The notes under the pieces: model-generated | What the model was told of the DNA's origin: nothing | Databases searched by the model: none | What the model saw: the letters and a program-made list of their open reading frames with translations, nothing else | NCBI GenBank assembly: GCA_964035545.1 | Contig: OZ037770.1 | Span: 7,880,973 to 7,944,972, forward strand | Length of the DNA: 64,000 nucleotides | Reading direction: 5' to 3' | Source: Bugula neritina | Lineage: Eukaryota > Animalia > Bryozoa | Shown here: piece after piece, positions 51,627 to 64,000 of the stretch | Layout of the letters: each line of letters begins with the position of its first letter | Position numbering within the stretch: position 1 is the stretch's first letter | Program-made: the position numbers and the translations under genes

Positions 51627-54600
51627 TCATTTAGAGAGAAATTTGTCAATCCGCTTCTTGTAAGCACCATTCTGTTTTTGCAAGCGTTTGAGTATTTTTT
51701 GATCCAGTTTGGCTGTCTTCTTTTGATTGAGAATTTGAGCCATTCTTGCTTTGGCCACAGATACTGGCTTTTCTATGCCGAGAGTCACTCCAGTTCTGGC
51801 TATGATGTATTGCAGGTCCGTATCACACACTTTATCTAGCACATCAATGTATGGGCCAAAGTCCTTCCGCTCAGATTTGCTAATAAAAAATATCAGAAAG
51901 ACAAATTAAAAGTAGAAAAGAGAGTTAACGTACAGTAAATAAATACAAGACAGTGTTGTATTTTAAACCAATTTCAAGAGATTTGTGCTAGAGATAAGAG
52001 AGATCGTTTTAGATAATGTAAAACATCACGGCAGCTTATGCAAGATGGCAGATTGAAGTAAATCATAAGTTTTGTTAAAGCAAGTAAATGTAAATATTTC
52101 ATACAATGTTGCATTTTAAATATGTTCCAAGAAATTGTGCTAAAAATAAGAGATATTGTACAATGTCATGGTAACAAGAAGCAGAAACTGCAGGACATGT
52201 TCTAAAACTTTTGACCCCACTGAGAGTCGAAGCCGAGACCTCCGGCTTGCAAGCAGCGGCACACTAACCATTGTACCACAGGGACTACTGGGTAAATACA
52301 ACACTACACGTGTCTCTGTAATGTGCCATCAGCCACCACAGAGTCTATAAGAATAGTGCTATAGTGTGGGTCCCAATAGCTCAAGTACCTACCTCTTTTT
52401 GCTAGATTTGTGAGGCTTTGCATAGACTATCAACGAATCCCCTGTTTTTTCCTTTTTCGCTTCAGCTTTTAGTTTACCTAGAGACGGCCATGAAGGCTAT
52501 AAAGTAAGAAATAAAGTTACTTTAGTAAGAGTTATTATTTTGCTATATTGATATTGTTGGACATACTAAACTGGCAGTGCTTTTGAGAAACTGCATAAAA
52601 TACTACTCAGTTTAAGCTTAAGTCAATTCTAAAATATATTTTACATTTAACTCTCTAAGCAATTTGTAACAATTTAGGCTATAATACATGTTTCATGAAT
52701 CTAAAATGTGCCTTGTATAATATAATATCTACACGATATAAACAGTTATCATTTAAAACAGCTTTGGTTACAATATGGCTTGCTCACTTTGCTATTGATA
52801 CCAAATTGATAGAACAGATATTGCACTTACTAGTTTTCTTTAATTACCAAAAATGATGCATTTCTAAGCATCTACAAGCGTCTCCCAGCACCACTCACCT
52901 TAGACTCAGAGTCCTTGCTCCTGCTGTTACTCGGGATCTCTGGCAAAACTTTGTACGGAGACAAGTTGCGCTTTTCTGAAGCAGCCAGCTGGTCTTGTCT
53001 CGACTTTCTTTCTTCTGGTTCTGTTTTTTCCATAACAGGCGGAGCAACTGGTGCTGGCACCACTACTGGCAAATCTAAACAAAACCAAACCGCCTGTACG
53101 CCTTCTACCAAGCAACACTATTTTGACAAAAAATGTTGCTTAATTTTACTTTATTTCTGCCACATTGGTACAACTTTCAAGGTTAATAGTTAGCATTTTT
53201 ATGTGAATACTGTTGCAACTATTTCAACAGCTTTAGGTATATCAGTCAGTGTCTGGTGAAAATGGCACTGGTAATAATGGCACAAGTGGCAAAGCACGTA
53301 AAAATGGCACATTTTCAATATTAGGGTTTTGGGGGTTTGGAATGGGAGGCTTGAGTTTGGGGTTTTGGAAAATATAACATCAGTTTGCCATTCTTACCTA
53401 CCTTCCATTTGTGCCATTATTACCGTGTCATTATTATCTGTGTCATTATTACCTGTGCCATTTTTACTTGTGTCATCTTTACCTGTGCCATTTTTAATTT
53501 AAAATTATATCAGTCTAATCTCATATTTACAAAGTAAATAAATGAGTTGATACCTTTTGGCTCATCTATGGCATGCAGCTGTTCTTTCAATTCATTTTCA
53601 CTCACAGACTGTGACGGCTGTAACTGAGCCTCAGCCTCTCTTTGAGATTTTCGAGAGTCAAGAGAAAGAGTAGACGGGTAGAATGGGCCGGCAAGAGCTG
53701 GCTTCTCGTTGACATGACTTACTTGGCTAGAGGTATCACTCTGAAGTGGGTATAGTGAGAGAATAGTATAATGATATACATGTAGATTGTAGACGATAGT
53801 GAATAGAATGTAATATAATTGAAACATAGCATGTAAAAATAGTTCGTAAACATAGAGAGCAGCAGTGGTTTAAGGGTTAGAACGTTTGACAATTGGTAAA
53901 CAATAATTCATGGCTTCAAATCCCAGTAAAGGCCATTGGAAAGAGCATTCAGTCATAATTGCTCCTGTGCCCCATCTGAATAAGCCCTTAGCCAGATTAA
54001 AAAAAAATCTTTTCATCAGGGGTTCTCACAGGACTATATGGGCTTGTGAGAGTTTTATAACGTGTAGGGTAATGCCTAACATGTAATGTAATGTGTAATG
54101 TGTATGATTTGTATAAATGTAAATGTGGGAATTTATACTTCATCTTGCTAAAGCAACTGTGAATATTATATGAACAATTGTCAGTTTTCTTAGTGAATAA
54201 CACAAAAGAAGCCATACTATTCACAATAACATTTTCGTTCTAGTTTATTAATCGATTCTATATAAAGCTTCACGTTATTTTACTGAATAGTACATATTAA
54301 TTGAGAACTAGCAAATCATTAAAGACTTAAAGTTAACAGAGTGCAACAACATATCTGTATAAACTTGTTTGATTTTATTGCTTATAGTTAGTGTAACGAA
54401 TTAGTTCATTGTATATGTACTAACAATCGCCACTAAATGACAGTGAAAGTGTTATATGGAGGTCGCTACAGATAGCTACATGTCTTTAAAATTCTTCTAT
54501 GTATAACCTGAACAACTTATAACTAACATTCTCTCAATTTATCTAAAATCAATTAGGTGTTCTTAAACTAGTAAGATATTGTGGTTAGTTAAAGACTTCA

Positions 54601-57600
54601 AGACACTTTTCACTTATGTAGTATTGAAATATTTTTGTGTGTGTGTGTGTGTGTGCGTGTGTGCGTGTGTGCGTGTGTGCGTGTGTGCGTGTGTGCGTGT
54701 GTGCGTGTGTTAGCTTTCATTCACATGCTGTTTTCAGGTTGTATGCTCAAACAATTTATTTGTTTTTTAACAAATTTTGCACACATAATTATGCTGAATT
54801 GATTTGGGATTTCTGATCGCTTGCTGGTGACATTTTCGGTTGGTTTTGGCTTTACCGCTGCTATAGAACTTATACTAATTTAGCTAACTTTCATTGTGTT
54901 CCATTCTTAGCTACTGCAATACATAGCTTAATAACAAGTTGGTTTGAAAGTTCAAAGTTTAAACTTTCAAGCCAGCTTGCAATTAAGCTATACGTATGTT
55001 ACAGCAGCTAAGAATAAAACGCCATGAAAGTTAGCTATAACTATTATTAGTTTTATAGCAGTGGTTAAGTCAAAGCCGACCAGAAATGTCACTGGCAAGC
55101 GATCAGAAGTCCCAAATCAATCCAGCACATTTACCATAAAACAAATCCATATGAGCATGCAACCCATAAACAATATGTGGATGAAAGCTAACATATATAA
55201 GAATATTTTACTACTGCATAAGTGAAGTGTGTCAGGGATTCTTTAAGCTCTAAAGCTATTTTGTTAAGAGATATTTGTTTTTCTCCACTGCTGTTTACAG
55301 TTACACCACAGCACAGAGTTTGCAAATGTGAATGATGCAACCAAGCAGGCTTTCTCTTGTAATTTAAAAAGAAGTTTCCCTATTTGATAGACGACACGAG
55401 AAGTCTAGATTTTATAAAATATCATTCAGTTTTGACTATATAGAGTAATAGAGTACATAGTGTAGAGTAATCTCATCATTTGGCTACAATCAATACTGCA
55501 ATACATACAGTTCCTTCGTCTTTTAACGAGGGTGATGACGGTACAGCTACATGTTTCTCTCCATCTTCCTCTTTGGTTTGAGGTACGGCAGCTGTGAGTG
55601 GTTGTGGCTCTTTTTCCTCTTCCACTTCGGCGGATTTAGCATCTACAATATTACAACTCACAAAAATAAACTTGAAAAAACAAAATGTTGATTAATAGAC
55701 AAACTTGAACATCAGCCTTGTCATGGCCATTCTTGAATACTTTCTGTTAGTTCAATTGACCTCCATATGTATAAGTATATAAAAAGCCCAGGTATTACCA
55801 TGACAAATTCATTTTTAGTTTCCTGGAAATTTAAAGTTATCAAAAGGTTATATATAAAAATGGCTCTGAAGTTTATGAATAAAGGATTTTATATCTTGAG
55901 ACATATATATACAAGTTAAATTATACTGCTATGTGTAGTACCCCATTGTTTAACAAGTTAAAGCACGCACCAACTTTTGTATTTGCATTGCCTTCTTCTT
56001 TCACGCTTTCAAGAGCAGATTTCTTTTTGGATTTTTTCTTATCTTTTTTTGATTTCCGGGTTGTTGGTTTTGGGCTGGTTACATTAGAGTTCCATGTTAC
56101 GGTTTTGTCTTTCTTAGTCTCAGAGTTTATGTCGCCTTCAGTAGTTACTCCTGAACTATTGTTAGCAGCTGTAACTGCTGCCACTGCAGTCACATTCTCG
56201 CTAGCCACTTTGGTGGCAGCTTTAACTGTTTCTGTTTTCTCTGTCCTACTTACTTCTTTCCTACTAGCTGTCTTAGTGTCAACTTCTGACTCATCACTTT
56301 CATCATCTGTCTCTTCTTTTTTGTTATCTTCTTTTTTACTGGCTGGTTTTGCACCATCGGATGACTCACCACTTTCTTCATCCAGGTCCTCCTTCCTACT
56401 GACTTCTTTCTTAACAGCTGTCTTCTCGTCTTCAGATGACTCACCACTTTCTTCATCCAGGTCCTCCTTCCTACTGACTTCTTTCTTAACAGCTGTCTTC
56501 TCGTCTTCAGATGACTCACCACTTTCCTCATCTATCTCCTCTTTTGGCTTACTCACAGGCGTGGCTGGCTTTGATTTTGGCTTCTCGGCTTCTTCCTCTT
56601 CAGACTCACTGCTTGAGAAGTCATCAAACCCGTTGTGTGATTTCTTTTTATTACTAATTTTTTTCTTCTTTGCTTTTGTTGTTGACTGCGGTTTAGTTAG
56701 TTTGGCGTAATATGCGGCATGGTTTGGTACCTTATTGGTTGTTTCTGGTTTGGGTTGTTTATCTGGTATTGTTTCTTTCTTGTTATAATAGTCATAAAGG
56801 TGTTTCTGTGATGTTGGCTTCGAGCTTGATTGAGTAACGTCTTTCTTGCTTTCATACTTCTAGAATTGACATAAATAGTAAGTGAATCGTATACTAGACA
56901 CTAGAGCATTCATACAAAGTGTAGTATATAATCCTTATATACATCATTACATGGCAAGTTGGTAACTTAGCTTCAAGTTATAACTTATAGATAACTTACA
57001 CTAAGTTGTTTGAAGGACATACTATTAAATAAGATCTTGAAGCTGCGTAACTGCTGACTGCAGTTCTCTTAAATATAGTTTTAAGTTTAATAGGACTCTG
57101 TAGTATTAGAAGTCGCCTATTCACTATATTTCAATTCATAATAGAAAATCAGATCAATCACGAATCTGAGCTATAAGCAAGGAAATCATTTAAAAAACCA
57201 ATTAATATAAAATTTTGTTGCTGCTACGAACTAGTAAACTACACCGTTTGCTGCAAGCTAACAAAATATACTATTTGCTACGGACTATGGCAGAGTGTTA
57301 GTCAAGAAGATATATTAGCACCAGTATTACCTTAACACTAGACTCTTTCTTTCTCTTTGAGCTCTCTTCCTCAATAGACTCGTCATCAGACACTGCAACT
57401 AAACACCAGTTTAATTTACACTAAATAAATGCTGGGCAAAAACTATACACAACCGTGTGTGTCTAATATATTAGAAGATACTTCTACACATGCATTGCAT
57501 AAATCGTTATGTAAAACTATAACTTTGTTGCTAACAATTAGGTTGAAAGTGAGTTGGTTTGAGGGTCTTTTCTAAATAGTCTTTATATCAAAAGCCTATT

Positions 57601-60574
57601 TGTTAATCTAGTGGCTGTTCACCAAGACATGCAACAGCTGGCTGTTAGAGTGTTGGTGTGTTGCTGTATATCTTGCGGTGACATGCTGGTTTTGAGTATC
57701 TAAATAGGTCTTTTCTTGCTGGTAGACTGTGCAACTCCTTCATGACGTAGGATATTAGTCTGCTCTCAATCATGTTGGTTAAACAATTTGGAGAAGGTGT
57801 AGCTTTTTAGAAAGATCAAAAAATTGGACTGATTGTAAACAGGTTGACAATAAGTGAATGCTGTTTTAAATGACAATGATTGGGTGCAGCGGAGGTTTAG
57901 TAAGCACAAAATCATTTGTGGTATCAAAAAAGACACATTGTCAATATTTCTCCTTTTCGACAGGGAAAACCAGTCCTAAGCTGCTGAAAACCCTTAATTG
58001 CAGGAGTTTCACTAGAGATAGCAACATGAAATAGATGTGGATATTTATTTTAAAATAGCATTTATATGAGAATTCAAAAATAAGAAGTACGATACTACCC
58101 GGATACATTTATACGCACATCACATATACAACAACAAATAGATGGTACAATTATAACCAACCTTCAGTCTTCGTAGACTTCTTTTGTGATGGAGGTGAAG
58201 CCGGCTTACTAGGTTTTGATAGAGGAGGTTTCTCCTTTACTGGTTCAGGGGAAACTGGTTTCTTGAAGAGAGATGATGAGTGAGGTGTCTGTTTATCTGG
58301 CTGTAGAGGTTTTATAGGTCGTGGGTCTGGAGTCTGTTTTACCTGCTGTGTGTCGTTACCTAGCAACAAGAATACATCTCTCATACAGCAGTGCTTTTCA
58401 TGTTAAATTTCACTACATTTCAGTCCCATTTCATGTAAAGATATGAATCAAATAAAAAATTCTGCAGTATGTGTGTATATCAAGACGGCATCTAAGTATG
58501 CATCAATAATATTAGCTTCATGTGCAGTGCAAAACTGATGATGTTTTATCTAAATAAACCTACAGTATGATGAAACTGCTAAATATGGAGAACTGAAATC
58601 AATTATAACATTTTATTATAGTTGTTGCCAACCCTGCACCGATAGCACAGTATATTTAATAATAAAATCTAATAGTTATATAATGGCTTAAATGTAGTGT
58701 TTACTTTTCAGCTGATGTAAAGGAAGGCGGCTGTTGTGAAAACTATTTGCAGATAAATATAATTAAAATCAATTTTATTTAAATATATGCTGTACCAAAC
58801 AAAGTTTCTCAAATACAATATAGTAGCAGCTGTAATAATGTAAGTCATTAACTAGGTACATCTATAAGACTATGCTTTATGTCAAGTATTGTAAACATGC
58901 AAGTATTACAATAGCATATTAAGCATCACTTATTTGCAGTCATTTTTTCTAATCAGTTACATATGAGTGGAAACTGTAATGTGATGGAAGAGCTAGTGAG
59001 ATCAGTTGTCAATAAACAATAAACCCCAGGTTAGGTTCTACCACTATGTATGCAGGAAGTCCTTAAATATACAGCTTTTAATTAAACAAAGCAGAAACAC
59101 AAAGTTGTTGGCTCAAGTGTGTTGTTAGATAGCCTATGCTATAAACTAACCATAAAGTAGTATTTATGAAGCTTTGAACATTTTTGTTACTTATGACCAA
59201 AAAGGCCATGACTTACAGCCAGGCCCTGGAGTTAATATTCAATTGGTAGTTAGTCATAAAAAATGAAATTCGGCCCTAAAAGCAATGTTATCAACAAGTA
59301 AGAAAACTAAACTATCCATGTAAGCATATAGCATTGACCAATCACTATAACGTTAGAGAACAATGACAAGCTATCTCCTTCACATACAGGTTTGTAAACA
59401 TTACAGGCTGACAAAAAACAAGAAATTAACTTGCTTACGAGAGATTACTGGTTCCCTTGAAGCTGGTGGTTTTCTTTCTGGTTTCTGAAAAGATATAACA
59501 TATAAATCTGTAGTACATCAACACCAAACAACCATGTGTAGCATACATACACCAAACAATAAACATTATATTGTGGTTCCTAGAACTGTGTGTGGCACAG
59601 ACAATAGTTGAAATCTTTATTTGTGTTTTGCCTCACTACATTATCTTCCCAGTAATATTAGCATGTAAAACTACTAGATATACTAGTTAACCTGTGGTAT
59701 ATCTAGTAGTTAACCTGTGGTATACCTAGTAGTTAACCTGTGGTATATCTAGTAGTTGACCTGTGGTATATCTAGTAGTTAACCTGTGGTATATCTAATA
59801 GTTAACCTGTGGTATATCTACTAGTTGACCTGTGGTATATCTACTAGTTGACCTGTGGTATATCTAATAGTTAACCTGTATATCTAGTAGTTAGCCTGTA
59901 TATAATAGTTAACCTGTGTGCATATGGTGTATACTATAATAGCTTGAGTACCTTCACTCCAGTCTCCTTGCGTTTGCGGGCCAGCAGCACTTTGTCCATA
60001 AGAGTTTCTTTTCCTTTAGACTCCCTCAGATATGCCGACAACAACTTTTCTGCCTCAGCTTTGTTCCCACAACTCCTGAGTAGAATCTTCAGATCCACTG
60101 AAATAACGCACACCATACAGCCACCAGCTTGTATGTGTCACATCAGTGACAAACTACACCATGTATCACAGTATTACTTCTCTGTAACCTCCATGTTGTC
60201 TTCGATTTCAGATAGTTAACAATTAGTTTGCATATGGTATTTCTAGTAGATAAAGAGTACCAAAACAAAGTTCTATGTTGAGGTGATAACTCAAGAGCAC
60301 ATGATTAACTTTTCCTTTGTAAGCAAGTATATTGTTTACTTTATAGTCGTTCAACCAATATGAAAAGTTGTTGAAAATCTTAATTAATTTGATTGATTTT
60401 CATTCTGCTGGCACCTACCTGCTATTTTAAACAATTTCAAGAGTATACCATGATCATTTAACCTGGTATTGTTAATAAAATTAATAAAGATACTTCTAAA
60501 CATGAGCCATGCAATATTGGGTGGGGGGCGGGGCGAGAGGGGTTCATTTTGTTCTACAGCACTGTCTGTAGCCG
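51627..60574 (-). CDS. Uncharacterised multi-exon protein: helical ends, long Lys/Glu/Ser/Pro-rich disordered middle; start codon not located
   Basis: Approximate exons 60574-60420, 60097-59953, 59484-59439, 58359-58162, 57392-57331, 56859-55975, ~55640-55514, ~53740-53554, 53073-52899, 52496-52393 and 51879-51627. The junctions that were checked are GT-AG and in phase. No family recognised. Confidence 0.75.
52214..52286 (-). mobile_element. tRNA-like head (TGC/Ala anticodon-like) of a second SINE family, or a tRNA pseudogene
   Basis: Reverse complement GTCCCTGTGGTACAATGGTTAG...GCTTGCAAGC...GGCTTCGACTC; the acceptor stem does not close. Confidence 0.55.
53250..53496. mobile_element. MITE with inverted arrays of GGTAAAAATGGCAC-like subrepeats
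   Basis: AATGGCAC repeats at left; GTGCCATT/GTGTCATT repeats at right. Confidence 0.65.
53855..54058 (+). mobile_element. tRNA-derived SINE, diverged copy
   Basis: Same family: ...TAAAGGCCATTGG...CAGTCATAATTGCTCCTGTGCCCCATCTGAATAA...GGGGTTCTCACAGG. Confidence 0.78.
54593..55242. mobile_element. Palindromic (foldback) MITE with TTAA TSD, Kolobok-like; contains a (GT)n/(GTGTGC)n expansion
   Basis: Arms are imperfect reverse complements centred near 54955; TTAA at 54589-92 and 55243-46; termini AG...CT. Confidence 0.8.
56360..56530 (-). repeat. 75-bp coding tandem repeat (EESGESSEDEKTAVKKEVSRKEDLD) x2.3
   Basis: Near-identical units offset by 75 bp within the large exon. Confidence 0.88.
59672..59918. 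repeat. 23-bp minisatellite (TAGTTAACCTGTGGTATATCTAG)n
   Basis: About 10 copies, ~35 bp from the donor at 59952. Confidence 0.92.
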
Positions 60575-62110
60575 CCTGTACAGCAACAAACGAAATATGC
60601 TTTCTGTTGAGAGGTTTCAACAAATTAGGATAAGTTTATAATGCGTCGTATTGCCAGCGGCTACAATGAATTGTGTTATATCCTAACAAAACAAAAACTA
60701 TAAGCCATATAATATAGATAAAATATATTTCAGATGAGTTACAGAGTTATTTTAACTGCATGTTCAAGGCCAAATTTTATTGAAAGTTGTTACAATTTTA
60801 ATAAAAGGACTGAAAGTAATTGCTATAGCCAGTGATCAATAGGCAAATGCCTGAGCCTACAGCACTCATGAAAATAATAACCATCAGCAGTTGATTTCTT
60901 GCAGTCAAACTTGGAATGTTTTATATATCTGTTATGCCATGCATGTGTGTTATACATAAAGTACTCGAATGTGTGCTTGAAATATGTTTGGAATGTAAAG
61001 TCTGTGTAAACACTTTGTGTGTGCAGACGAGAAATTATTTTCATACAAATGCCTGTTGAATTTCGATTAAACCAGTCTTAATGCAGTGAAATATACATTT
61101 TTGAACAAGGTAATAATGGAGTGCAAGAGGTTTGGTTGTACCATGTTGGTAAACTAGTTCCGCTATACTCTGAATTTACTTACTTTTCAAGTGTTTATCC
61201 GGCTAGCTTTCGGAATAATATGTTTAACCACCAAATAAGTCCAAATATTGTCTTCGGCTGCAACGTGTTTTTGACTACATAAAAGCTAAAATAATTTAAC
61301 CAGCTTTTGATTAGGTTGGTTTGGAGAAGTCAAGATTGGATACTCAGTGTGTAACAGCTGCATATAATATATTCCTAGCTGCAATGTTTAGAATCTGAAG
61401 TTGACCTAAGCTACCAACTCACTAGAGAAGATCAATATTTTCATCACTCACGTACTGAACAATCCATCAGCATTGATTGCTCACTATTTACTGCTATTGT
61501 GTTGCTGTGAATTCATTATTCAGTTGTCAAATCATAGATTATTTCAGCTCAGTAAGAAATAAACAAAAGGTGTACCATTACGTCACCTGTCTGGTGTCAG
61601 TGTAAAAAGCTAGTTTATTTTAGCCCTGTAAAGATTGGGGCCTATAACTAGCAACAGAATATGAAATTACCAGGAGTTATTACCACTATGAAGGCATCTC
61701 ACTAAGAAAACAGGATAACTTCGACATGCTGTTTTGGTTCAATTTTGAGATATACATTACCAGTGTTGCCATTAAGAACAGCAACTCACATAACTATATC
61801 AATGGCCACATCTTCTGCCATGCAAAAGCTTTCATAAACCGATTCCTTTCTACTATTTGTAATATAAAATAATACCGTAACTACAATACTAGACATTCAA
61901 TGGGAATAAAATACTTTATTTGTAACTGCAAATAGTATGTACAGAAAAAGAACTGATGCTAGAAACATAATTAAAGTAGGAGAGTTGTAGTTATGTACAG
62001 AAAGCCTAGTGTACACGAGTAGGAGTGTGACTTGTACTACAGGTAGGAGATGGTGCCTGTGTGAAGTGAGAGATGGAAAGAGTTATGCAGAGCCAATGAC
62101 AGTCACATCA

Positions 62111-63529
62111 TCACCACTGAGCGGTGGTCCCGTAGGAGGCGTAACCAGTACCAGGGTAGCTGGCATAGGGGTCGGCATACTCTGCGTATCCACCACCATA
62201 GTTGGGATCTGTGTACCCATAGCCATCATATGGTCCGTAGCCAGCACCTGCAGTGGCAACAACCCAGTACAAGTTACAGCAGAGAGAAGAGCAGTAGATA
62301 ATACAGACTCAGCATATCATCACACTAGGAGAGAACACCAACTCACCGTATCCAGTGTCATAGGCTGAAGGGGCAGAGCTGTAGGCACCTCGCCCACGAC
62401 CCCTAACACCCCCTCTCATTCCACCCCCGCGGACACCTCTGAATCCCCCTCCTCTGGGACCACCTCCGCGGACACCTCTGAAACCTCCGCCACGTACTCC
62501 TCGGAAACCACTACCTCTGGCACCTCCTCGGCCACCAGAAGGGTTTTGGCCCTGGAATCACACAGCATAAAATATGTGAAGGGAAGCAACTCTCACACTG
62601 AAGAGAGAGGAGGCAACTTCACACAAAACAGCTTTTAATAGTAACTGTGTACTTGGTAGTCACCTGAACCTCTCCTGGTAGAGTTTGAGGGAACGGGTAA
62701 CAGTACACAAAGTATATAGTACACGGGATAAACAGCACAGAGAGTATACAGAGTATACAGAGTATACAGAGTATACAGAGTATACAGAGTATACAGAGTA
62801 TACAGAGTATACAGAGTATACAGAGTATACAGAGTATACAGAGTATACAGAGTATACAGAGTATACAGAGTATACAGAGTATACAGAGTATACAGAGTAT
62901 ACAGAGTATACAGAGTATACAGAATATACAGCACAGAGAGTATACAGCACACAGAGAAGACAGAGTATACAGAGTATACAGAGAAGACGTAGGTTGGAGC
63001 TCACCTTTGGAGACTTGAATCTGATCTGCAAGCTGTTGCCGTTGAATTCTGTTCCATTGAGAGCCGCCACTGCAGCCTCTGCCTCCTGTGCATTCGGCAT
63101 GGTAACAAAGCCAAACCCCTTGCCCTGACCAGTGGCAAAGTCTTGTATGACGTTAACCTACAATATTTAGCCAAACAATAATCTCCCAGACATCTATTCT
63201 ATCCACAATCACCTCAGCCACAAAACCACCTCATCTACACACCCACCTCAGCCACAGGACCACCTTATCTACACACCCACCTTGGCTACAGTTCCGTAGG
63301 GAGTAAACAGTCCTTGCAGCTGAGTCTCGTCAGTCTGGTAGCCAATGTTGTATGCGAATATGATGAAACCCAACTCATTCTTCTCAGCAGTGGCAGCAGA
63401 CACAGGCCCGCTGTCTCCTGCACCTTGTTTGCCTCTTCCTATCGGGTTGTACCTGGCACCTCCCGCACTGGCACCTCGTCTCATTGGTCCACCGCCATTG
63501 CTCTGTCCAGTTGTGGGGATACTAAAACC
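62111..63529 (-). CDS. ELAV/Hu-like RNA-binding protein, 3' exons (RRM3-like domain + RGG + YG-rich tail); 5' part outside the window
   Basis: Exons 63529-63281, 63157-63005, 62551-62347 and 62247-62111 are in phase. RNP2 IFAYNI, RNP1 KGFGFVTM, LQIRFKSPK, hinge GGPMRR..RYNPIG. Confidence 0.82.
62741..62983. repeat. 9-bp minisatellite (AGAGTATAC)n
   Basis: About 20 perfect copies plus degenerate units, ~20 bp from the donor at 63004. Confidence 0.95.
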
Positions 63530-63648
63530 CTGCAAGTACATTTTTCAAAATTATATGGGATTGTCTGGTGTGTTCTTGGGTAGTAAACAGAAACATTGGC
63601 AGTGAGTGTGATTGAGTGAGTGATACTGCGAGTGGGTGATACTGCAAG

Positions 63649-64000
63649 AGGGCCACACAACGCGAGCAAGATGTGGGAACCTGTCCAGCCCAAGAATGGG
63701 GCGTAGTGTGCGGCTTTTCATGCAGATAACATGCTGAGCGGGAAATGCAGAAAGCTCGTGCAGGTTTGATTTAATTGGCTGATTACCATTTAGCGAGCAC
63801 ATTTTTTAATTTCAATTCCCGCTTTAGTTTTTAGCGAACTGAATTAAAACAGCTTCATATAGTTTGCATTTCCGCTTTTATAATATCTAAAGTCACTTTG
63901 CCGATGACATAGATTTAAAACGTCTGTAGGTGAGCAGTCAAGTTAAACTCTAAAATCATTAACTAATAAATTTCCGCACCCACAACACACGCATTGCGTG
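63649..64000. mobile_element. MITE, second copy of the 30625-31061 family (opposite orientation, truncated by the window edge)
   Basis: Starts AGGGCCACAC and is colinear with the reverse complement of 30700-31061. Confidence 0.75.

Noticed and set aside
55931-56710. 259-aa plus-strand ORF
   Set aside because: Antisense shadow of the Lys/Glu-rich minus-strand exon.
57590-57715. Imperfect hairpin, possibly a pre-miRNA
   Set aside because: Too many mismatches; more likely a decayed MITE centre.
60960-61260. Candidate upstream exons of the uncharacterised gene
   Set aside because: Weak donor and stops or phase conflicts; could not be joined reliably.
62635-63128. EYT/VYS/LYT repeat ORFs
   Set aside because: Intronic 9-bp satellite downstream of a GTGAG donor.

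Overview
AT-rich, intron-containing animal (invertebrate-type) genomic DNA; no prokaryotic features. Seven spliced protein-coding genes were reconstructed by hand from GT-AG junctions and codon phase. In order: MEAK7/TLDC1-like (-, runs off the left edge); a SENP6/7-type SUMO protease (+); a Ly6/uPAR (quiver-like) three-finger protein (-); GAS2 (-); SEC62 (+); an unrecognised Lys/Glu/Ser-rich protein (-); and the 3' part of an ELAV-like RRM protein with an RGG/YG tail (-). Mobile DNA comprises an intact two-ORF CR1-group LINE between the divergent GAS2 and SEC62 starts, a rearranged ISL2EU/Harbinger-type element with ~880-bp inverted arms, several MITEs and a tRNA-derived SINE family. Most notable: (1) a perfect 13-nt complementarity between the LINE's apparent 5' end and its 3' UTR, plus an ORF2 with no AUG before its first catalytic motif; (2) intronic minisatellites that repeat splice signals, one giving 8 in-frame alternative donors; (3) a transposon apparently built from two copies of the same end, sitting 11 nt from a splice acceptor. 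Gene names rest on motif recognition from memory; no database search was run.
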